NCBI GenBank assembly: GCA_951804945.1
Contig: OX638154.1
Coordinates: 32,364,001-32,428,000 of the forward strand
Source: Podarcis cretensis
Taxonomy: Eukaryota
DNA: 64,000 nt
Reading direction: 5' to 3'
Position numbers and translations under genes: made by a program. The notes beneath the pieces were generated by a model that was not told where the DNA came from, made no database searches, and was given only the letters and a program-made list of their open reading frames with translations. Positions 12,451-24,400 of this stretch are shown here, one piece after another (within the stretch, counting starts at the first letter, position 1; every line of letters starts with the position of its first letter).

Positions 12451-15400
12451 GGCCCTTTGAAAGTTACAGGCCCAACCTTGGGTTTGCAAAAGTGGCGTAG
12501 TTAGTAATGTTGGAAGGGCAGGAACTCATCGCGACAGCTCACATGGTTACATTCCTAAGAACAGTTAAAGGGTGGGGAGTAGGCTTCTTTGTTGATCAGA
12601 AATACATTGCATAATGCCCATTTTTAGAATGGGAGGGACTTGGGTTCACATCTTCAATCAGCCATGAAGTTCACTGGGTGACCTTGGGCCAGTTAAAGTC
12701 TGAGCCTAGCCTACCTAATAAAAGTATTATGTGCCAGACCAGATCCAACTTCCAAGCTTGCAGTGCTGGCAAATACTGCCCAGTCAGATGCCATTGCTCC
12801 AGGTATGAATAACTACTGAAGCTCCCATGTTCCTGCTCCGCTGCATCACTGGTTGGAAACCTTTTCTCAGCAATCCTAATAGGAACCCAAACATTCTGAA
12901 TCTGAAAATGTTTTATATGTTACATATAGCTAAGCTATGGAGATAATCTTGCTCTTTGAACACTTCACTATTGTGTGAGCTCAGTTCAATTGATTTCTGC
13001 TGGTGGTTCAGTTTCAAACTTTTAAAATGCCACTTTCTGGTTGAAATGCTTTGTTATAGCTGCCTGAACAATATAGTCCTGTGTATCAGCTTCTGAAGCT
13101 GAACTTAAAGTGGAAGTATTTTTGAAAAAATATGTTTTAACCACCTGTCTGAATTGCTTGTGCATTAATTAATCTTCATATTATACTACATACTGGAATA
13201 AGTCCTCCACCCCATAGCAGAAATGATATAATCTGCAAATTTGCATTTGTCACTCATATAGTTGTCTTTCCCTAGGCATAGGCAGTGCTGATGAAACTTC
13301 GCTTCGACCATTGTACATGGATGTCCAAGCAACTACTCCTCTGGTTTGTGAACTAAGTACTGTACTCTTTTGAGGAGCATTTGTTTAAACAAACACATTG
13401 TTTACAGAGTAGTCCTGCACTATTTACTCAGAGGTAAATCCTACTATGTTCAGTGGGGGCTTACTGCTAGGTAAGTGCATAGGATCACAGCCCAAGTTTC
13501 CTGTCTACCCTGAGATGTTTGATAGGTGAGAGAATAATACAGTGGTGCCTCGCAAGACGAAATTAATCCGTTCCGCGAGTCTCTTCGTCTTGCGGTTTTT
13601 TCGTCTTGCGAAGCACGGCTATTAGCGACTTAGCGGATTAGCGCTATTAGTGGTTTAGCGGCTTAGCGGCTATTAGCGGCTTAGAAAACGGCGGGGGGGG
13701 AGGGGAAAAACTCGCAAGAACTCGCCCGACGTTTCGTCTTGCGAAGCAAGCCCATAGGGAAATTCGTCTTGCGAAGCACCTCGGAAAACGGAAAACCCTT
13801 TCGTCTAGCGAGTTTTTCGTCTTGCGAGGCATTCGTCTTGCGGGACACCACTGTACAATGTGATATCTGACTAAGATGTACTCAAGCTAGAACTGTAGAA
13901 ATGATAATTCCTAGAGTCTGACTGAGTCAGATACTTGTCATTGGATCTAGTAGTAAGAGAACATGGCTGAACATTTACAGCCTGTTCTTAATCACATTTT
14001 AATCCTATTTACTCTGAAATAAAGACTGCTGCCATACTGGCCGTACTGTCTTGTGTACACAAACAGAAAGAAGATTGTAGCCTTAATAACAGGTCTGGGT
14101 GTGTTCCAAGCATTTGGGTGTGTAGGGGAAAACTCTTCGATACAGATTTTTTTTTTAATGATGAAATGAAATAGAATAACTATTAATATTTTCTTCTAGG
14201 ACCCTAGGGTTTTGGATACCATGCTTCCCTATCTTGTGCATTTTTATGGTAACCCACACTCAAGAACTCATGCTTATGGTTGGGAGAGTGAATCTGCTAT
14301 GGAAAAAGCTAGACAGGTGAGATTTCTGCATTTTTCTTATAATTTGTTTATGAACTGCTTATCAGTCAAATCTCATGGAAGTATATGTATGGGAATATCA
14401 TCCAGAAGACAAATTGTATCGAGGAGTTAGTGATCTGACATGGTTACCCTTCCTGCCTCTGTTCCTTCCCCCTCCCTCGCTGCTGTTAATTTTTTTTGCT
14501 GGTGTGAGAACAGTCTTTAATGTCCTGAGAATGAGAAGGTGATGCCCCCCCCCAGCTGCCTTAATCAGTTGTGGAGGATAATGCCGGGTACCTTCTTTGC
14601 TATTGGACATTGTTTTGAGAAAGTGAGACATTGGGAGGGAGGGAGGGGGCAGCTAATGGATTATCTGCAGGTAGCCAGTCTAGAAAGGCACAAGGCTATC
14701 TATAAAATCAGGTGGTTTGGGCAGAGTTTCTCTGAAGCTCATGCACGGACTGATTGGCTGCAGGGCCGTGCAAACTGAGACTACCTGGGGGAGTCACTTT
14801 GCCACTTCTTGTGGGCTTCCAAGTAGCAGATTGAAGTGTTTGCTTTGTATACATTGCTTGCTGTTTTAGAATAAAATCTTTAATCTTCTCACTCACCTGT
14901 GTATTTTGTATTGCTTCTGAATCTTATTTTAAAAGAATCACCTTGCCTTTGGCAAGACAGTATACAAAATAAAGAAAAGCAAGATACAAACGTAAAACAG
15001 TTAAGAGTACATTAAACCCAATGTAAAACCAACATGAACAATAGCCAGTAGTGCTATCCTGAAAAAGCCTGGCATTCAGTGCCAGTTGCAGCTTCCAGAC
15101 AAACCTCAAGGGCAGCTTCACGTAGAGCACATTCTAGTAATTCAACCTTGAGGGGATAAATATATGGACCACTGTGGCCAAGCTATCCTTGTGCACCCAA
15201 AACTGATAGAAAGCTGAAAGAAGGTGCTCTGAGCCCAAGACTACTTGGGCCTATAGTGACAAAGTTGGAGTCAGCAGTACACCTAAGCTACATACCTGGT
15301 TGTTCAGGAAGAATGCAGTCCAACCCAGAATAGGCAACTGAGCTGCCTTCTGGACTTGGGTACCAGTTACCCACAGAGCTTCCATCTTGTCAGGATTCAT

Positions 15401-18400
15401 TTTCAGTTTATTGGCTATCATCCATCCCACAACTTCATCCAAGCATGTTTAATATTTGCATAGCCTCATCTGATTTAGATTTCAGAGAGAAATAGATAGA
15501 GCAGGGTGTCATCAGCATACTGGTAACACCTTACTCCAAATCTCCTAACAACGACACCTAACAGCTTCATACAGATGTTAAACAGCCCTGGCGTCGGGAC
15601 GGTTTCCTGTGGCACTCCATAGCACACTTTGCGGGGGGCCAACAAAACTCACATGCGGTGCTACTCTTTGAAATCAGCCCTGGAGATAGGAGCAAAACCA
15701 CTGCAACACAGTGCCTCCAACACTCATCCCAGGAGGTTACTATTGTTAATGGCATCAAAAGCCTCTGGGAGATCAAGTAATAGCAACAGGGTCACACTCC
15801 CCTGTCCCTTTTTTGATAAAGACTACCCATCAGCAACCGAGGCAATTCAGCCATGAAATCAGACCTGAATCAAGATTGCAGTGGGTTAGTGGGTTAAGGT
15901 AATCTGTCCTCCAAGAATGCCTGTATATGTGCTGCTGCTACCTTCCCTCTAAAAGAGGGTACTAGTGACCAGGCAGTAGGTGGCAAATGCTACTGGACCA
16001 AGTTTTGTTTTGTTTTTAATATAAAGAAGTGGCTGCACCACCACCTGTGGGCATAAAAATGCAGTTTATTTCTAAATCTGCCTTTGCTGACTTATGAAGC
16101 AGTTGGGTTTTGAAAGATGCTACAAAAATTGTCTGGTGAATGTGGTTTTCTGCCTCAAAGTAGTAACATTATATTATTGTGTTCTGTCTTTTTTTAAACA
16201 GCAAGTTGCATCGTTAATAGGAGCAGATCCTAGAGAAATTATTTTTACCAGTGGGGCAACAGAATCAAACAACATAGCAATTAAGGTAAATGAGTATATT
16301 GTAATGCCAAGTGATGGTGATGTAAAAACAATTCACAGTAGTCTGGATGTTCAAATATTACTGTCCTGTCTTGTGTTATAATTAAGGCAGAAGCTTAATA
16401 CAATTGCAGCAACTAACAGTGCAATCCTGTGTATATTTTTTGGCTTTACCTGAGAATAAATAAAAGTATTGGCAAGTCTTAAAAAGTGCTAAACCTATTA
16501 CCTTGTGTGCAGTTTTTTTTTAAGTCTGTGGAAGTCACAATTCTCTACATAAAGTTATTTGGATAATCAAAACAAAATTAAAAAAATCCTTCCAGTAGCA
16601 CCTTAAAGACCAACTAAGTTAGTTCTTGGTATGAGCTTTCGTGTGTATGCACACTTCTTCAGATACCAAATACATTATTTGGATAATGTTATTGTTTTTG
16701 CATTTGCAGGATGAGCATACTGAGTCATGTTAAATATCTAGAGATACTTTCTGATATAAATGTATTGTAATTGTAACTTGGTTGAGATCATATAGCGATA
16801 TACTGTAAGTTCCTAAAACAACTTGGTGTAAACTTAACCAGGTTCACAGCACACTCCTATGCACGTCTACTCAAAAGTAAGTCCTACTGAATTCTGTGGG
16901 ACTTCTTTGGGTAAGTGTGCATAAGAGCCTCAGGCTGTGGTCTTGAACTCACTTATTAGGAGGTAAGCCCTATTGAACACAGTGGGACTTCCTTCTGTGC
17001 AGACATGCATGTAAGATTGTACTGGTAGTTGAATTAAACTTCTGCCTACCTTAAAGTAGATTGCACTAATGTTTCTTGATGTTAAGAGGCCTATTGTATA
17101 ACCAAACCTAATTCTGCCTGCTTTGTACTTAAAACAGTTATGCAAAGAGAGAGTTGCATTATCAAAACTAACCGACAGGTCTCTTTTCAAGATTCTTCTC
17201 TGCACTGCAGTTTGTAAGGTTTCTGTGGCTACAGTTTTGCTTTGTAGCTATTTCCCATAATTGCGCTGAGGAAAAAGGTTGTAAAAAATGTAAATATGTA
17301 AAAATGAAACCATGACACTTACTTAAAAAACTGAGCTAAAGTTGAAAATTGCCAAGATTACTTGAATAGTTTTTCATATGCAATCCTTTGCATATTTACT
17401 CACAAGTAAATCTCATTGTGTTCAGTGGGGCTTCCTCCCATGTAAGTAAGCAATCCTATGCACACTTTTAGGAGTAAACCCCCCTGCACTTGGTGGGACC
17501 TAGTTCTGAGTAAATGTGCCTACGATTTGTTGTCTATTGCCTGAAGCTTCAAGGTATTTGGGCGTTTTACATTTTTTTTACTTGATACTTATAGAAACTA
17601 CGGATTTCCAGCAGTTTTGATCTAATTTTTTTCCCCGTTTTATCTGTGTAAAGGGTGTTGGAAGATTCTATAAATCCAGAAAGAAACATATAATTACAAC
17701 ACAAACAGAACACAAGTGTGTGCTGGATTCATGCCGTGCCCTAGAAGCTGAGGGATTTCAAGTCACATACTTGCCTGTACAGAAAAATGGGATTATAGAT
17801 TTAAAGGTAAATCACTTGTTTCCAAATTTGTATTCATGTGATTACAGCTTCTCCCTTTTTCAGTCCTTTGCAATGGAATGTTAACAAAAATGCAGTCTTC
17901 CACTTAGAATATGGATGCTACAGAGAGCTGTCTAAGTAAAAACTGGTGAAATGTTTGTTGGGTTGCAGTGACAAAAGGGTGAGGTTTACTGCTTACTTAG
18001 TATATTGTACAAAATTGGATCAGTTTAGCAGGTGCATTCAAAGGAAGGACACTTTATGTACTAGTAGAATAAATTGATTTATATCTCTAACCATTTAGAG
18101 TGCACATCTTAGCACAGGGAGTATGCCCTATTGAATATAATGGTGCTTATATGTTAAAAGTGCAGTGTAATTGTAAAATAAGTTTCATTTGCAGTGCTAA
18201 TGCAGTTCGAATTAATTCTCTTCTATGATTTCCACCAGGATCTAAAAAATGCAATACAACCAGACACAGGATTGGTTTCAGTAATGACTGTGAATAATGA
18301 AATAGGAGTGGTACAGCCAGTTAAGGACATTGGTAAGTTGACAGTTTGGGTGGAATTAATTTTATGAAAGATTGTAAGATGCTTTATGGAAGAAGTTCCT

Positions 18401-21400
18401 AAAAAAACTGGTTATGAAATTTGAAATAAATACTAAATCAATCAATCAAACAAACAAACGTCATATCTTGAGCTAAAATGCCAAATACTTATAAAGCTTG
18501 ACAATGAAGCACACACTGTTGAAGCATAGAATAGCTACATAATTGTGGTGACTTAGAAACAAATCACTGGCTCACAATCAATATCTGACAGCTTTTCTAC
18601 GTCTGTCAATAATTTGTGAAGGTCAAAATAGATGTTACATGTGAGATCTGTGACCAGATTTCCAAACCTTTTAAAAAAAGAACTTCAAGGTTGTTGTTAA
18701 TGTGTCTACTCTTGGAGCAGGACCATGGAGGATTCCCCCCCCCCTTTTTTTTATTTTGAGCCATTTCACTCCCATCTAAATGCCCACCTCCCAGCAGTTG
18801 AAAGCTAACAGTACAGTGAAACACAGACATCATTTGTATTATATCTGTTCCCAGATTTATTTTGTGATGACCTCTGGGTTTTAGCAATACATTTGAATTG
18901 ATTGATAAAATCAGTATGTTTAAAATATTTCAACATTTTCATAAAATATAAATAATATTTCATTCTGAACCATGTTGTTTTTGCATTGTAGGTCAGATCT
19001 GCAGTTCCCATAAAATTTTCTTTCATACAGATGCTGCACAGGCAGTTGGGAAAATTCCTCTAAATGTCAATGATATGAAAATTGATTTAATGAGCATCAG
19101 TGGCCATAAAATCTATGGTCCCAAAGGTATTGATATTTCTTATATTAGATACTACTTCATTTTTACTAATAAAGGTGGCCAGGTTTATTTGATTTGGTAG
19201 TCAAATAAACATTTGGAGAAATCGCTAACCCTTGTCAAGGCACCATGAAAAACAGAGACCTTAGTACAGGGCTGGAGAACCTGTGGCCTTCCAGATGTTG
19301 CTGGCCTACAGCTCTAATCAGCCCTAGCAATTATAGCCAATGATCAAGGATGATGGGACTTGTAGTCCAGATAGGGGGCCACAGGCTCCCTATCCCTGCA
19401 ATAGTATTTAAGGAGGAAACAAGAATAGCAGAGGAAAGCCTGCAACAGTCTTGCAGGGATGGGCGCTTCATTCAAAATAGCTTTCTTCGAAATAAGTACT
19501 TCCAGTGTGGTGTAGTGGTTAAGAGTGGTAGACTTGTAATCTGGTGAACCGGGTTCACTTCCCTGCTCCTCCACATGCAGCTGCTGGGTGACCTTGGGCT
19601 AGTCACACTTCTTTCAAGTCTCTCAGCCCCACTCACCTCACAGAGTGTTTGTTGTGGGGGAGGAAGGGAAAGGAGAATGTTAGCCACTTTGAGACTCCTT
19701 TGGGTAGTGATAAAGCGGGATATCAAATTCAAACTCCTCCTCTTCTTCCATATGAGCACTTTGAACACAACTTGGTTCCTAAACACTAGTCTGCTATCCA
19801 AGATGTGGAGACAGCTATATGTGGAACAAGCTACATCTACAAATGGATTAAGCTATGCCTGACCACATACCTTACACTATACAGATCTATATGCAGCAGC
19901 CTCCATGCAAACCACTGCACAGGGCACTAAGGGCACAGTCTATAATAGACTGTGTGTATGGATGTGGCAGTATGCATGACTTTCTGCCAGAATATTAGAT
20001 TAGGATGCCAGACAGTTATTTTTCATTTTCTGGAGTTAAATAATGACAAAGGAAGATCCTGCTGAAGAACACCTCAAGGATTTTGATCAATTTTAGGAGA
20101 AGATACTTATTTTATAGAAATTAGCAAATGAGGATTCTTCCAATTAGAAATGTAAATTGAATATCTGAAGATGAGATCCAACAAAATGTGAATGGTTCTG
20201 TTCATGAAACAGGGCTTCTTCCTCTCTTCCCCCCACTGCAGGTCCCTCCAGTGATCCCCCAAAAATCTTCTCCAGAGGGTTGGATACCCTCTGGAGTAGA
20301 TTTTTGGGGGTGCATAGGGAGCTGCAAGCTCAAATGAGAAACTGGAAGTTCTGTTGTGCAACCAGATTCCCATTGCACAAGTGGCGGAACATCACTGGAT
20401 GTTGCCCTGAATGTTTAAAATGCATCTCTTGTGACGAAGAATCTTGATTAAAAGTTCCTGAAGGATTTTTTCTAAATGTTTCTAAATATGCTAGGAGACA
20501 TACAGTATGGAAAGTCTACCTGTGTACTGAACAGAAGTAACTTCTTGTTTCTAAGGGGTTGGTGCAATTTATGTTCGGCGGCGACCAAGAGTAAGACTGG
20601 AACCTATACAAAGTGGGGGAGGCCAGGAGCGAGGATTACGTTCTGGGACTGTGCCAACTCCTTTAGCAGTTGGTCTTGGAGCAGCTTGCAAATTGGCACA
20701 ACAAGAGATGGAGGTATAAAGAGCAGTTCTAGTTGTGTAACTTTTCTTGATCCATTTATTTTACCATGTTCTTTGAAGCCTTGTTGATGGTTGAAAGTCT
20801 GCAACACATTCCTTTAACAATAATGCTTAGGGTTTAATAGGATGCCCTTCTCTGTACTGTAGAGAACTAATCATGCTCCATAATTCAGCCTTTATTTTCC
20901 TATAATATGTAAAAGCAGTTATATAAGCAAAGCAAACTTGGTCCTCTTGGCAGAACAATTTTCTGAGATGGTTTTGAGTATTTCTGAGATATTTTAGTAG
21001 TGCTATGTTCATTCATTAAGTAGTTCTCTGTGCCATATTTCTTACAAACTCTAACCTTACAGTTAGAACCTTTCTGGTCTCTGTCTTGCTGTTGGTAAGA
21101 GAAGGCAAGCAGTTTCTAGAACAACTAGTGTTTATTGATTATAATAATTGTACAGAGATGTACCTCTATTTCAAGGGCATCTCTCTTTCTTCTCGAGCAT
21201 AGAATTTTCAAACAATTATAGAGGCAATTTCTTATAGAATTTTCCTACTACATATTTCTGAATTTTACAGCAGCAATTGTGGGATAGTAGAGCAAACTCA
21301 GGGGGTGGAATCCAATGTTGTGCAAGCAGACTTCTGTTCACATAATGAATCTATCCTTTCTTTCTTTCCTCCATCCCCCCATGTACCCTGAAAATGTGGG

Positions 21401-24400
21401 GCATATTTGGGGGTATTAGAGCATGGAAGGGAGAGGAGAGGTAGGTGAAGTCCCATTGTGCAGGTGGAAGTCTATTCCACTTGCACATAGCCAGCATCAG
21501 CTTGATAACCGTAACTCTCATATTTAACGTGGGGCTGAATTTTGCTATGGTTATTATTTGTGTGAGAAATTGCTCTGACAAATATTGTGTTATTTTGCCT
21601 TGTCTTTTTGGTTAACAGGCCAGATTTGACTGATAGAACATTTTTAGTACATCAATCAAGGCTCATCTGCATGTTTGTAGAATAGCTAATAAGTTCTCTT
21701 GTTTCTTTTTCAGTATGACCATAAGCGAATTAGTTTATTAGCTGACAGATTAGTTACAAACATAATGTCTGAAATTCCTGATGTAGTAATGAACGGCGAT
21801 CCAGTTCATCGTTATCCAGGTATTATTAGCATAATGTTGAGTTCCTCTTTACTTCAGAAATTGCCTTTGACCATTTAGGGTTTCTTTTTAAAATGAATAT
21901 AGCATTGGAAATTTTAAAACAGATTTAAGTGTTAATCTGGTACAGCAGTATTGTTTTAGAATTGAAAGCAATCTTGTGCTCATCCAGTACGAGCCCAGAA
22001 ACTCAACAAATAGCTTGAATATTGCAAAATTCTCATCCTCTGTTATACAATGTTCTATATATTCATGACTAGATGAAAACTGAGATAATATTATAACAGC
22101 ATCAGTGCTACAGCTTTGGTTGACTCTAAATAGTTTCACTGTTGCTCTGTTAAGCATATGAAGTCAACATGAAATTAAGTAGAGATTGTAATCACTGAAA
22201 CACGATGTTTAAACTAATTCAGATATGTCTTCTGCTTCTGTACTGACCTTAAATCACTGCATAAATCAATCCCAGTGAATAGCAGATTATGCACAAGCTT
22301 TTTTATTGTTTTACATCTTAGTTCTGACTTGTATGTTTTAGGTAGAGCACTAGGATAAATCACTGTGTTAAAGACTGAATGAAGAATTATGTAATGGTCC
22401 AAAGAGCTGCTCAATATTTTCTTCCACTTCATTGTCTTCTGCACAGTTAGCCAGTTTTAGGTTGTTTAGAAATAAAAATTATGGGTGTGCTGGTGAGACA
22501 GTTGTTCTGCATGCATTTCTGGAATTAGCATTTAGCTCTCTAGTGATCAGAGCTGTGGTGACATTCACATTCAAAGGAAATGAAAAAGAAACATTCCATA
22601 AAGGGAAAATAGACTCAGATTATTTAAGAACAGGGTCTTGAGTTCAACCCCCATGTTAGGCTAAAAATTCCTGCATTGCAGGGGGTTGGACTAGATGACC
22701 CTTGTAGTCCTTTCGTATACTATCATTCTATGATTCTGCAAAAACCCTGCTGTCTAAAGTGCAATCTTAAAAGAAGCTGACACTGCTTTGTTAACTTTGC
22801 AGGCTGCATTAACTTATCCTTTGCATATGTGGAAGGAGAAAGCCTGCTGATGGCACTTAAAGATGTGGCTCTGTCTTCTGGAAGGTAATATTGTTGGTGT
22901 AAATTGGAAAGAATGGGTGAAATTGCACTAAGCACTTGGACCGTGTCTTGAGCAAACATGGTGTAGTGGTTAAGAGCAGTGGACTCGTAATCTGGTGAAC
23001 CGGGTTTGATTTACCACTCCTCCACATGCAGTTGCTGGATGACCTTGGGCTAGTCACACTTCTCTGAAGTCTCTCAGCCTCACTCACCTCATAGAGTGTT
23101 TGTTGTGAGGGAGGAAGGGAAAGGAGATTGTTAGCCACTTTGAGACTCCTTAAAGGGAGTGAAAGGCGGGATATCAAGTCCAAACACCTCTTCTTCTTCT
23201 TCTTCTTCTTCTTCTTCTTCTTCTTCTTCTTCTTCTTCTTCTTCTTCAGCAGGCCATCCCTCATTTCTGGATTCTGTTTAGAGAAAGACTCAGCTACACG
23301 GGGTGGTTAGAAACAGTTGAAGGCTAAATACTTAAAACATGACTCATTCATCCTCCCCTTTTCTAAGGAATGTGTGTACATGCAGAGGCAGGTATAATGC
23401 CAAGGTTGAATTCAGCAACATTGGCATCAATGTGAGGTATTTGCCAAGTGTGAGGTTTTATCATCTTGGTGAATGTTACATGCTATATGGTTCGGTTCCA
23501 TATAGTATGGTGAGCTAGCATAGTAAGGGCAAGTGATCACTACAAGGTTTATTTCTGGGACTAGAGAACTCTTATTATACTAGATTAGTTCATGATGTAC
23601 CAGCATCTCTTAAAGTTAATGTAGCTAGTGTATTTATTCTTGTCTTGTGCCATGAGACAATAGACACTACATACTTTGAACTGAACTGAAATGGATAGGG
23701 GAACTGTGAAAAAGACTGACTACTAAAAAGCAGGAAAACTCTGATGTTGTGCTAGAAGACTCTGCTGGAGCTGTGCATACTCTGCTGATGACACTGGTCA
23801 AAGTGTGTTGTAGTATTAACAACAGATGGTGGACCCAGGTATAACAGGTTATGGGCCAACTGACTTCTATAAGTCTTACATATGTGAGAGAGAAGAGAGA
23901 GCCTGGAATATGGTCTAAGGACACATTATGCGGTCTATTGTTAAAGCTATGCAAGTCTTAGTCTGGTCAGTGTGCAGATGAGAGATTGCCTGGAACTCCC
24001 ATGCCAGATATTTAAAGGAGTGCACAATAAAAGTGGCCTTTTCCACTTCAAGTCACTAGAATTGATGATCTAGAACAAATCTATGAGCCATCTAATCCAG
24101 AATCTTTCTTTATTATGACCAGGGCTGATTTACTTCCATTTATAAGGAGTGTCCTATTAGCATTTCTGACTCCTTTCAAATTTTTCTGATTCCTTTTAAA
24201 ATTCAATTGGCAAATGTCAAATTACATAATTTAACCAAGCTTTATTAGTTATAACTGGATCTACTAGATGGTTAATTCCTGCTGCTAATATCTTTTTGCC
24301 CTTTCCTTCCAGTATTTTAGTCCCCCTAAGTTATAATAAGAACTTTGGGCATTCTTATTTTCCTGATCACATAACACACTTTTTAATATATTACCCACCT

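Noticed and set aside
13560-13845. Repeated TCGTCTTGCG units resembling a CRISPR-like array
   Set aside because: Short, irregularly spaced internal repeats of a TA-flanked MITE in a vertebrate intron
22857-23310. Poly-Lys and poly-Phe ORFs
   Set aside because: Translations of the (CTT)n tail of a SINE
23690-24040. Possible old LTR in NFS1 intron 10 (TATTTAAA and AATAAA present)
   Set aside because: Could not define TG...CA termini or a target duplication
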